IMG/VR virus record: IMGVR_UViG_3300027759_004177
Coordinates: 62,001 to 126,000 of that record
Reading direction: 5' to 3' (one strand)
DNA length: 64,000 nucleotides
Shown here: in pieces, positions 8,909 through 17,562 of the stretch
Position numbering within the stretch: position 1 is the first letter of the stretch
Layout of the letters: the number at the start of each line of letters is the position of its first letter
Notes under the pieces: generated by a model
Seen by the model: only the letters and a program-made list of their open reading frames with translations
Told to the model about the DNA's origin: nothing
Database searches by the model: none
Program-made: the position numbers and the translations under genes

Positions 8909-9871
8909 TTATTTCTTCACAATAGATTGCATGGTGTTGAAAACTTTTTGTTGATTTTCCAACAGCATTTCTCTTGTGCCACCAAATGGTGCTGATGCCA
9001 ATGGTCCTAATCTTTTTTGGATTTCTGGATCGCTAAAACCTTTGGCCAACACCAGATATAAATCTCTGACTATGTGGTCAGGTGTTCCGGCTGGTGCCCA
9101 AACTCCAAAAATCGAAGATAACACAAAATTTGGATGATTTTTATTCAACCACACGGCCTTGGTTGCTGGAGGATTGAATTTATTGGCCATGTCTACCCCT
9201 GCTGGGTCAAATGCTCCAATGATTTTTAATTTTCCTGCTTTGACATGTGATTCCGGAACAGAAATGCTGTCAACTGCTATTTTGACATGGCCTCCCAGCA
9301 CATCGGTCAACACTGGACCAGATCCTTTGTAAACTATAAAATTGGGTTCTGGTAGTTTTTCTAGTTCTGCCCATTTTTTGTAGATTGGGGCCATGATGGC
9401 ACTGAATATGCCAATGTCAAACTTTTTGGGGTTTTGTTTTGCCCATGCAACAAATTCTGCATAGTTGTTGAAAGGTGCATCAGCACTGGCATATAAAACC
9501 TGGATACTTGGCACCACTGGAAAAACTGGTACGACACTTTTTGCGGTGTAAGTGGCAGTGGAATCATTTACTAGTCCTGTGTTAAAACTGGCAGTGGCCA
9601 CTACCATGAGATTGTGCCCGTCGGGTTCGGCTTTGGCAAAGTGGTTCATGCCAATCACACCACCAGCACCAGCCATGTTGGTCGTCACTGATTTCCAACC
9701 GTGTTTTTCAAGTATTTCGCTGGTCAGCCGTGCAATAACATCGTTGCTACCGCCCACGGGCCATGGAGTCATGACATCAATGGTTTTGGTAGGTTTGAAA
9801 TTTTGAGCAGATGCTAGGCCGACTGTTAAACCCAGTATCAGAGCGGCAAAGATTTTTGTGATTTTTTTCAT
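8909..9871 (-). CDS. Bug/TctC tripartite tricarboxylate transporter substrate-binding protein
   Basis: signal peptide; PWPVGGSNDVIAR, N.AGAGGVIG, PDGHNL, YKGSGP..TDVLGG, APAGTP. Confidence 0.9.
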   Translation of the reverse strand: MKKITKIFAALILGLTVGLASAQNFKPTKTIDVMTPWPVGGSNDVIARLTSEILEKHGWKSVTTNMAGAGGVIGMNHFAKAEPDGHNLMVVATASFNTGLVNDSTATYTAKSVVPVFPVVPSIQVLYASADAPFNNYAEFVAWAKQNPKKFDIGIFSAIMAPIYKKWAELEKLPEPNFIVYKGSGPVLTDVLGGHVKIAVDSISVPESHVKAGKLKIIGAFDPAGVDMANKFNPPATKAVWLNKNHPNFVLSSIFGVWAPAGTPDHIVRDLYLVLAKGFSDPEIQKRLGPLASAPFGGTREMLLENQQKVFNTMQSIVKK

Positions 9872-10012
9872 AGAAAGATCCTTTGATTTAGAAAATGTGT
9901 AACTAGATATAAGTTTACACTGAGCTAATAAAAAATGCAAGTGGAAAAGCAGAACTTTGGTGAAGTTTCAGCGGAACTTTGCTGTAACTAATTTTATTTA
10001 GCTTTTGGCAAT

Positions 10013-10033
10013 AAAAAAGCCCCCGGAGGGGCT
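10013..10033 (-). terminator. terminator ending tmRNA transcript
   Basis: AGCCCC-tccg-GGGGCTTTTTT on minus strand. Confidence 0.8.
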
Positions 10034-10034
10034 G

Positions 10035-10350
10035 GTGGTTTCTGTTACGAGGTATTTCCTACCCTAGGCGCTGTTAGGCGGCCAATGCGAACTGTTCGTC
10101 GTTTGCGTTTACGTTGTTTGCTTTTTACGAGTACTCCTCTCGTGTTGCCATCTCTTCTAGCTCACCATGTCGAAACTGTTTCATCCCCATCAAAAAGGCT
10201 CTTGACAATCCAGAATAGATAGTTGGCAACAACTGCTATGCCCCAGAGATAAATCCAATGCCAGTCGTTAAACATAAAAGTCCTTTTGGTGGAGATGCTG
10301 GGTTCTGCCCCCAGGTCCACAGCGCCTTCGATTTGAAGGAATTACAACAA
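10035..10350 (-). ncRNA. ssrA: two-piece (circularly permuted) tmRNA; tag (A)ANDEQFALAA
   Basis: acceptor piece ends CUGGG-GGCAGAA-CCCAG-CAUCUCC-ACCA at 10287; coding piece starts GGGGAUG at 10188 (G3:U70 pair); tag frame 10106..10074; outer ends approximate. Confidence 0.92.
10162..10275 (-). CDS. putative 37-aa membrane peptide in the tmRNA intervening segment
   Basis: AAGGA SD; MFNDWHWIYLWGIAVVANYLFWIVKSLFDGDETVSTW. Confidence 0.45.
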   Translation of the reverse strand: MFNDWHWIYLWGIAVVANYLFWIVKSLFDGDETVSTW

Positions 10351-10369
10351 TATCGTTATTATATACTTA

Positions 10370-11167
10370 TTAAGTTTCTGCGTCAACCTTGGGTTTGGTA
10401 CGCCATTTTGCCAATTCGGATTCAAACTTTTGTTCTAGATCTGCGGTGATAACGGCCTGATCAACCTGTTGTCTTAGTTCATTAGCAAACGTTTCCAATT
10501 GGCCAATGTCGCCCATGTACTTGAACGTGTCTGTGACACGTCTAGTATCGTACGCATCCATGATTATGTGATAGCGGTCCTGATTTGAATCATTGCGAAT
10601 TTGATGCCAGACATTTACCCAAACCATGTAGGCCGTACCAGGTTCCATATACAACGTTTCTCCTTCGGCTGTGAAGGTACATGCAGGATTTGTAATCAGG
10701 GGTATGTGGATACGTGCCATATATTGGTTTTCACCACAATCTCTATGCACCAGACTCTTGCTACCAGCCTTCAGACAAGTTACCCTGGCTCGACGTGGTG
10801 TCAACCCAAATGCCTCAATTTGATCGATGGTCCGAGCAATCTCACCGCAATAGCCCTGTGTGGGTTTCTTGTATTCTAACGAATGTGCAATGTTAAAATA
10901 TTTCAAGGTAGTGTAATTGTTGGCATTTTTAGGAAAGAATACTTCTTCGATAGTGGTGCCTTCTTCGTTTTGAAAAAATTCCCAACCGTCTTGCCAGGCA
11001 CCAGTTTGACTCTGCAAACTCCATCCGCCAAATCCTTTATAGGCATCGGTTTCATATTCTTCGCCTTGCACGACTTGATTGCCCAAAGTAAACACATGAT
11101 TTTTTACATCGGCTACTAACCGGTCATGATCGTATTTGATAAAATTTAATTTTTCATAGAATGACAT
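10370..11167 (-). CDS. aspartyl/asparaginyl beta-hydroxylase-like Fe/2OG oxygenase
   Basis: VHRD...RIHIPLITN...WHQIRNDS..DRYHII. Confidence 0.8.
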   Translation of the reverse strand: MSFYEKLNFIKYDHDRLVADVKNHVFTLGNQVVQGEEYETDAYKGFGGWSLQSQTGAWQDGWEFFQNEEGTTIEEVFFPKNANNYTTLKYFNIAHSLEYKKPTQGYCGEIARTIDQIEAFGLTPRRARVTCLKAGSKSLVHRDCGENQYMARIHIPLITNPACTFTAEGETLYMEPGTAYMVWVNVWHQIRNDSNQDRYHIIMDAYDTRRVTDTFKYMGDIGQLETFANELRQQVDQAVITADLEQKFESELAKWRTKPKVDAET

Positions 11168-11176
11168 CGTACATCC

Positions 11177-11776
11177 TTATAGTGTATTTTTAAATGCTTG
11201 AGCAGCACTTTTATCAAATGTGCCCATGTTACTGGTTACGGATATCCTGGCCTGGCTGGAACAATTGGGTTCTACCATGTGTAATACAAACCCTGGAAAG
11301 AATACCAGTTTACCTTCTGCAGGCTGAATGCGACTAAACTTTGTGCCGTTAACGCCATCATTTCCTGAATCCCAGTCGCATCCATTGCGAGGATCTATTA
11401 GCAATAAGTCACCACAGTTTTCAGGAGCCTTAACATAATAGGTCATTGCAATCTTGGGGCTACCATGTCCATGTATGGGCATACCTTGACCAGGTCGGTG
11501 ATAGTTTATCCAGCCACGAGCATGCCAGAATTCAAATTCCTTGACAGTTGGTGCTATGTAATCGTATGTCTGTGCTTTGACTATTTTGATAGTGTAGTTT
11601 TTTAGTTCTTGTACTCGGGGACTATCGCAGTTCCAAATATTAGAGTTGCCAGCGTCGGCTTCAGGATCACAATATTGGCCAATTTCGTCAAGTAGTTCGT
11701 TGTTGAATTGTTCGTCAAAGTCGGTTTGTATTTCCCACACAGGGGTCACCCACATGTCTGTTTTAGTTATTTTCAT
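11177..11776 (-). CDS. putative 2OG-Fe(II) oxygenase (TIGR02466-like)
   Basis: WINYH...HGH...YYV...DPR...EGKLVFFP..LHMV.PN...RISV. Confidence 0.85.
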   Translation of the reverse strand: MKITKTDMWVTPVWEIQTDFDEQFNNELLDEIGQYCDPEADAGNSNIWNCDSPRVQELKNYTIKIVKAQTYDYIAPTVKEFEFWHARGWINYHRPGQGMPIHGHGSPKIAMTYYVKAPENCGDLLLIDPRNGCDWDSGNDGVNGTKFSRIQPAEGKLVFFPGFVLHMVEPNCSSQARISVTSNMGTFDKSAAQAFKNTL

Positions 11777-12471
11777 TTGAATTGAACCAAGTTGAGTCGA
11801 TTTAAAATCTGCAGATAGTAGAATCCCAAATCAAATTCATTTTTATTTACAGCCATGTTACACAGCCTGCTGTCTCTATGGTGATTGTTGTGTAGTTCTT
11901 CACCAACACACAGTATGCCTACAGGAACAACATTACGAGTATAGTCGCCTAGGTCAAAATTTTTGTAACCGATGCTATGACCAAATACTGTTATTGTTGC
12001 GATTGTTAAAAAATTTACCACAAACAAATGTACAATCCATACGAGAATTCCCAACCAACCAAACAACAGCATGTTGATTAACAATAACAATACAACTCCC
12101 AGTCTTGGATGCCGATCAATAACGGTGTCGGTAGATGCTTCCGCACAGTATCTATGATATTCTTGATCAGAAACTGTTATTTTATACGATCGAAAGAAAC
12201 TTGGAACTAGACAGCACCGCAACAAAGACCAAAAACCAAATCTAGGAGTATGAGGATCATTGTATGAATCCGAGAACTCGTGATGCTTTCTATGTTGTAC
12301 CACAAACTCTCGAGTAACCACATCAAACAAGATCCAATACATGATCTTCATTGCGGTTTCTACTCGCGGAGTCAGGTTGTATTGTCTGTGTATCATATAT
12401 CGATGCATGTACAGGGAAGCCAGCACACAGCCCAGGTGTATGGTCACAATGGTATAGATCAACATCAACAT
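11773..12471 (-). CDS. membrane fatty acid desaturase (delta-9 type)
   Basis: His boxes HRYMIH, HRKHH, HNNHH; TM segments. Confidence 0.85.
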   Translation of the reverse strand: MLMLIYTIVTIHLGCVLASLYMHRYMIHRQYNLTPRVETAMKIMYWILFDVVTREFVVQHRKHHEFSDSYNDPHTPRFGFWSLLRCCLVPSFFRSYKITVSDQEYHRYCAEASTDTVIDRHPRLGVVLLLLINMLLFGWLGILVWIVHLFVVNFLTIATITVFGHSIGYKNFDLGDYTRNVVPVGILCVGEELHNNHHRDSRLCNMAVNKNEFDLGFYYLQILNRLNLVQFK

Positions 12472-12992
12472 AGATTCAATATTTCTAAAACTTGATCATA
12501 CCCTAAATCGTTGGCAGAAACTTGTAAAAACTTTCTTGGCAAACAATTTGTAGAATCAACTCCATGGATGACCTTGCCGTTTAAAATGTACACATCTCCT
12601 GGATAGGCAACAAAACTATCTATTGGTTCTAATTCTTCTATGCGATATGCATGTCCATCACCGTGATCTGCGTAGGTAAACTTTGAAGCATTTTCCGTGC
12701 TTTTGTAAAATGTGGTTCGGTAGTCACCTGTTTCTATGTAGAAATTAATATTGACTTGGTCAACAATATCTGTATGTGGCGGCACTGAGGTTTCTATGTT
12801 AACAAAACTTGTGTAAAAATGTCGACTGTATTCACCAAGTGAAGCGATAAAACGGTCTACGTAATTGGAAGTGACATTAAAGTACTGTATTTTGTTGCCA
12901 TGCGTATCTAATTCAAATTCTATCCGTTTATCTAGAATTTCAAAATCAATGTCGGCAGACGCAGAAAGTTTTTTAAATCGAGAATGAACCAT
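12465..12992 (-). CDS. putative Fe/2OG-oxygenase-like protein
   Basis: PPHTD...INFY...IHGV; start uncertain (12992 or 13022). Confidence 0.6.
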   Translation of the reverse strand: MVHSRFKKLSASADIDFEILDKRIEFELDTHGNKIQYFNVTSNYVDRFIASLGEYSRHFYTSFVNIETSVPPHTDIVDQVNINFYIETGDYRTTFYKSTENASKFTYADHGDGHAYRIEELEPIDSFVAYPGDVYILNGKVIHGVDSTNCLPRKFLQVSANDLGYDQVLEILNLC

Positions 12993-13539
12993 ATTGTCGT
13001 AAAGATTCGTATACTGTTTCATAAGAAAGATCTGTAGTAAACGACAGGGCTTCTCTGTAGTTGGTTTTACTGAGTCCTTCTACGCTGTGTATCTTGCGAA
13101 TATTTAAAAGATATATGTCATGCTTGCGGGCCACAAATTGATCTTCTAACGCCAGATTATCGAGTTTGTAACTGCACTGACATTCTCCAGCACAAAACTT
13201 CTCTACTGTACACTCTGCACATGAAACTGGTTTGGGCTTGGTAAACTCTTCAGACTTTACAGAGAAGAACCGAGTCGGGCAGTTGTTTTCGCTCAGGTAT
13301 ATGTTTATTCTACAACCTATGTCTAGATCCACATGTGGATGTGCATTGTCACCAATGAATGTCATGTAGCTGAGATTAAAATTCTGCTTCAAGTGATCTG
13401 GCAACAGGATATTTCTGCTCAGGTTGGTACGGTAGTATCTGGTCCATCCGCCACCGCAAACGTGTTGTTCGCCCAGGTTTTCAAAGTTGTTGTACAGGCT
13501 TGGACTAATACTATCTAACTTAGTATAGTACCGATTCAT
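12973..13539 (-). CDS. putative Fe/2OG-oxygenase-like protein with Cys-rich insert
   Basis: HPHVD...INIY...IHSV...R; CAEC...CAGECQC insert. Confidence 0.6.
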   Translation of the reverse strand: MNRYYTKLDSISPSLYNNFENLGEQHVCGGGWTRYYRTNLSRNILLPDHLKQNFNLSYMTFIGDNAHPHVDLDIGCRINIYLSENNCPTRFFSVKSEEFTKPKPVSCAECTVEKFCAGECQCSYKLDNLALEDQFVARKHDIYLLNIRKIHSVEGLSKTNYREALSFTTDLSYETVYESLRQYGSFSI

Positions 13540-13934
13540 AGACGTGATTGGAACTCCACCATGGGTGTGGTATCTATGCCTTCTGCCACTACCTGGTCCA
13601 CAGGCTCGGGTATGTTGCGTGCCTGGGCCCACTCTCGGTATTGTGCCACGATAGGACTGGGAGTGTAGTCTATTCCGTCATGCGGATTCTTTAGTGCGTC
13701 ATAAAATTCGTTGCCATACACGATGTAGTTTATCAAAGGATCGCCGGGTAGCAAAAACACTTTGTCTAATATGACCGGGTATTGGTGACACATCTCAAAG
13801 AAACTGTTTCGTTCATCCTCAGTGAGATTGAACACAATGGCGCCAACTTCGGTGTCTAAAAAATACTTGACATACCGGTTGTAATCTTCAGCATCAAAGT
13901 TAACTGGTTGTTTGCCTACAATAATATCGCTCAT
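13536..13934 (-). CDS. hypothetical protein
   Basis: ATGA overlaps on both sides in operon. Confidence 0.75.
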   Translation of the reverse strand: MSDIIVGKQPVNFDAEDYNRYVKYFLDTEVGAIVFNLTEDERNSFFEMCHQYPVILDKVFLLPGDPLINYIVYGNEFYDALKNPHDGIDYTPSPIVAQYREWAQARNIPEPVDQVVAEGIDTTPMVEFQSRL

Positions 13935-14569
13935 AAGTCCTTAATCCTTAACATACTGTTTATAAAACTTTTCAACACCAACCGATCTTTGCTGTCCTTG
14001 GTAAGGTCATGTTTAAAATCTGTAGTCAGGTTTACTCTACATCTCCCCAGGTTCATCTTGACTCCGTGTAGTACATATGATGGCAAAAATATCATGTCGC
14101 CATTTTTAGGGGTTATTGTTTTAATTTCAGTTCGGTGTTCACCGACTCGGCCGGTATCAACATAATAAAATTCACCACCAACATCTGGGCCCTGTATGTA
14201 GTAGCTACAGGCAATAGACGAATCAGGGTGTGCATGGAGTTCTATACGTTCTCCAGCTGTGTTTACATTAAGCCAGGCTCCCGACACAACAAATTCAGCT
14301 CGTTGTGTTGTTGGCATGTATTGATTGACAACCTCAGTGATTACCTCGGTCTTAAAATCAATCAATTCTTGTATACAGGGACTATCATAATCTAATAGAG
14401 ATTCTTTCCCTGAGGCTTCGTCAAACGTGCTGGCAATTTCGTAAAGTTCTCGTAACAACTCTTGATTAAATGATTCTGTAAACGGAGTCTTTTGGTGCCA
14501 CACCGGGCACTCCCACAACGAAGATTTCACACTACTGGCGAAAATACTTTCGTCAATGACCGTGGTCAT
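13931..14569 (-). CDS. putative 2OG-Fe(II) oxygenase (TIGR02466-like)
   Basis: WLNV...HAHP...YY...GDMIFLPSYVLHGV..N...R. Confidence 0.85.
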   Translation of the reverse strand: MTTVIDESIFASSVKSSLWECPVWHQKTPFTESFNQELLRELYEIASTFDEASGKESLLDYDSPCIQELIDFKTEVITEVVNQYMPTTQRAEFVVSGAWLNVNTAGERIELHAHPDSSIACSYYIQGPDVGGEFYYVDTGRVGEHRTEIKTITPKNGDMIFLPSYVLHGVKMNLGRCRVNLTTDFKHDLTKDSKDRLVLKSFINSMLRIKDL

Positions 14570-15474
14570 TTTGCAGCCCTTTGTCCCACACGTTTAAAAC
14601 CAAAGCCTTTAAAGAACGAATAGATTCCAGCACCCGCCAAGGAGGTGTAATAGCTTAGATAAAACAACGCCCACATGGTGTACAAGGTTGGCAAACGATG
14701 GCGGCGTGACTTTTTGCCAACACGTGGCAAGCTGTCAACAAATCGACAAATAGGTTTACCAATCTCCATCAAGATACGACCTTGAACATTGTCTTCGGGC
14801 AATGCACCCATCAAGTAGGCCATGTGTTCTGACCATGGCGTACCAATCTTGATGGCCATGTCCGTGATACGATCTTTTTGTCGTGCCGCACGTTTTTCTG
14901 GGTCAGTGATCCAGGGCATGTACACCGGTCCTTTGCCGTCCATCCAGGCAGTTACAATTCTTGCCCAACGCACATAGCCGCGATACACTCGGCGATCTTT
15001 TTTGCGTAGCCATTGCCCGTACATTTGATCCGCGGCCCAGATGTTTTGATTCATTAGACCAAAGTCGTATAACTTGGCACAAATAATCTTGGAGCAGTTG
15101 CAGGCACAGTTACAGGCATAAGATGTGGTTGTACTGGTACAGTTATATGTGCAGGCACAGTTACAGTTGTTCTGTAACCAACTCTGTGTGTCACAGTTGC
15201 CACAATTGATTTGACCAGTTATGAGACAATTTGTGCAATTTATGTTACCGCAGTTGCAATTTGCAGTACAGTTACCATTGGCACAGTTGGCGCCATCGGC
15301 AGTATTTTGGAAATAGGCTTTGTTATAAAATGCCGTCATACTGGGATTGGCCGGACGCTGGTCGCTACGAATTAATCCATTGAGGAAATTTAAATCTGTA
15401 GAGAAAGTGGCAGCCTGCCCAATTTCGGTGCTGACGTCGCCAACTGCAATTTGTCCGGATGCTGGTAGTGTCAT
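14566..15474 (-). CDS. Asn-Cys repeat protein: tail-tip-type N-terminus, NC-rich core, KIIC domain, C-terminal TM
   Basis: MTLPASGQIAVGDVSTEIG...SMTAFYNK; 16 Cys in aa 64-127, 13 as NC; hydrophobic then basic C-terminus. Confidence 0.8.
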   Translation of the reverse strand: MTLPASGQIAVGDVSTEIGQAATFSTDLNFLNGLIRSDQRPANPSMTAFYNKAYFQNTADGANCANGNCTANCNCGNINCTNCLITGQINCGNCDTQSWLQNNCNCACTYNCTSTTTSYACNCACNCSKIICAKLYDFGLMNQNIWAADQMYGQWLRKKDRRVYRGYVRWARIVTAWMDGKGPVYMPWITDPEKRAARQKDRITDMAIKIGTPWSEHMAYLMGALPEDNVQGRILMEIGKPICRFVDSLPRVGKKSRRHRLPTLYTMWALFYLSYYTSLAGAGIYSFFKGFGFKRVGQRAAK

Positions 15475-15486
15475 GGTAAATTCTCT

Positions 15487-16941
15487 TTATTGAGTATTTA
15501 TGACTGATTCCACCCGACTTTGACCATACACTTCAATTCCTTCGATCTCGCCAACTACTTCACTGACAATTTTGATAGGTATGACTCGTTTCTTTTCAGT
15601 TTCTGTGTGTTCATATATGGTACCAAACACGTCTTGCCGTTCCAAGGGCAACTCGTCCTGTTTGATCAGGGTGGGAATATAACCCGTTATTTTCTCTACA
15701 GCCAGGGCAAACAAGGCCACATTGTCCGAATAGCTGTTGGCACAGCTGACATCCCAGAATTCTTTGTCCAAGAACATGCAGGCACCTTTGCAAAGGTGTA
15801 GTACCGGGCACTTGGGACATTCAGCACGATTTGACCAGTGTGTTGATGTTTTGATAGCCACGTTGTCATAATCGTCTAAATTACCGCCCAAATGGCTTTC
15901 TCCGTTTTTGCCGGTTTCTAGACTGCTGACGTTTTGACAAGTCATCACATTACCACGCAGGTCGATTGCCAACACATGCTCGTCGTCCATGCCGCACTTT
16001 TGTCCTAAGAATTTGGATTCGTCGTGCGCCAGCACGTTTCTAATGAATCCATCGATCTTGTCCAACTGCATCTTGAATCCAATTTGTCCTTGTGTACTAA
16101 AAATATCAGCAAAGGCTGTGCGACGAAATTCAAAATGTTGCTGTTTGGTTTGCAGGCTGTTTTGCATGCCATCAGCATCGTAACTGTCTACAATGCCGCC
16201 TTCGCCCAGAGACACATTGGGGTCTCCTGTGAATTCCACAAACCAGTCATAAATCCGTTTTCTGCTGATGTTTTGTGCATTGAGCATGGGATTAAAGCTA
16301 AAGCCTTTTTTGAGTCTGCTCATCTGACGATAAAATCCCAGGATCTGTTTTTTCTTTTCGGGATCCGCAAACGGATCAGGTCCACGCACATGTTGTCCAG
16401 GACCATCGTGGCTGATTGATACTGTAAAGTTCAATTTCATTAGCCAATCAATTATTTCCTCATTGAGTATGCTGCCATTGGTAATCACACTGAACTGTGG
16501 TTTATGTTTCCAGCCACTAAATTTTTCCAAGATAGCTTCAGCCAAAGGTTTGAGTGTTTTCCAGTAAACAAATGGTTCTCCACCCCAGAACTCAATCTTG
16601 AGGCCTTGGGTTTCATCAAACTCTAGCACTTTGAATTTTTCTAAAAAAACGTCAATGTCTTTCTTTGAAGTTTCTGGAGCACGTTCCACGAACTTCTGTG
16701 AGCAGTAATCGCAAGAGTAATTACAGCTGAGTCCCAACTGTATCTTTAATAGCTGTATCGCACGGCTTTTCTTCAATGGACGATCGCGATCAAAAGCAAC
16801 ATATGGCTTCAAATTGTGTTTGTGTATCTGTGGATATTCAAATACCGTACCATCCTCACTTTTTAAAGTGTTGGTTTCGTTATCGTAATAAAAGATTTTT
16901 TTGTCTGCGGCTGAACGCTCAGCATGAATTTCAAATAGCAT
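15487..16941 (-). CDS. radical SAM/SPASM-domain maturase
   Basis: CNYSCDYC, FWGGEP, ITNG, SISHDG, CG...G.V..C and CPKCPVLHLCKGAC...C SPASM cysteines. Confidence 0.92.
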   Translation of the reverse strand: MLFEIHAERSAADKKIFYYDNETNTLKSEDGTVFEYPQIHKHNLKPYVAFDRDRPLKKSRAIQLLKIQLGLSCNYSCDYCSQKFVERAPETSKKDIDVFLEKFKVLEFDETQGLKIEFWGGEPFVYWKTLKPLAEAILEKFSGWKHKPQFSVITNGSILNEEIIDWLMKLNFTVSISHDGPGQHVRGPDPFADPEKKKQILGFYRQMSRLKKGFSFNPMLNAQNISRKRIYDWFVEFTGDPNVSLGEGGIVDSYDADGMQNSLQTKQQHFEFRRTAFADIFSTQGQIGFKMQLDKIDGFIRNVLAHDESKFLGQKCGMDDEHVLAIDLRGNVMTCQNVSSLETGKNGESHLGGNLDDYDNVAIKTSTHWSNRAECPKCPVLHLCKGACMFLDKEFWDVSCANSYSDNVALFALAVEKITGYIPTLIKQDELPLERQDVFGTIYEHTETEKKRVIPIKIVSEVVGEIEGIEVYGQSRVESVINTQ

Positions 16942-17075
16942 AAACTTCCTTGAATGTACTAGTACTTATCGCTTGCTGTACGGCAAAGATGTTTTATTGA
17001 TCAATCCAGTCGTCGACCGAGATTAAGAGATAAATTATAATGGCTACAAAGATACCAAATGCTATCATACCCATC

Positions 17076-17246
17076 TTAATTGTACCCTTTCACTACTTTG
17101 CCATCAGTTTTGGGATTTCCTCGTGACATAACATCTTCTAATTTTTTGGCACGATCACGTTCGGGCGGTAATGGACCACAACCCAAACGATCCCACTCGT
17201 CTTTGGAGTAGTAATATTGTTCGACTGGTTTTTTAGATTGTTCCAT
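17076..17246 (-). CDS. 56-aa hypothetical protein
   Basis: MEQSKKPVEQYYYSKDEWDRLGCGPLPPE; TAAATA 5 nt upstream. Confidence 0.6.
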   Translation of the reverse strand: MEQSKKPVEQYYYSKDEWDRLGCGPLPPERDRAKKLEDVMSRGNPKTDGKVVKGYN

Positions 17247-17257
17247 AATGGTATTTA

Positions 17258-17445
17258 GTAATGCTCTGCGAACCCCGGTGGTAATTATACCGTATTGCTA
17301 CGGCCTCCACCCACTCCACGACGGGTTCCGTTAACGCATTGCCAGCGGCCTTTTGGTTTAAAGACTACCACCCACGGGGCACGACCACCGTTTCTCCTTC
17401 GTGCGGGTCACACTAGCCCAGCGTTACCCGGGCGGGTCCTTTAAA
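17258..17445 (-). ncRNA. candidate structured ncRNA (unassigned)
   Basis: GC-rich intergenic segment with nested helices GCCCGG/CUGGGC, GCACGA/UCGUGC, GAACCC/GGGUUC, GGUGG/CCACC and CCGUA-GCAA-UACGG. Confidence 0.55.
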
Positions 17446-17562
17446 ACTATATTTTAGCACACTTACCGGCTTTCGCCTTGCTACCAGAATAATCGGTTCG
17501 GGTAAATGCACTAAAGTATAGTAAGGGGCTAACACGTCTCCCGACGATGCCCTTACGGATTA

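Noticed and set aside
10287-10320. Stand-alone tRNA-Ala
   Set aside because: Only an acceptor strand and T-arm are present, with no anticodon arm; it is the acceptor piece of the permuted tmRNA
14566-15090. Intein/Hint domain after the Cys-rich core
   Set aside because: It starts near a Cys but lacks the TxxH and terminal HN motifs and looks helical
17258-17556. Group I/II intron or RNase P RNA
   Set aside because: No interrupted gene, and no recognisable intron core or GAGGAAAGUCC signature
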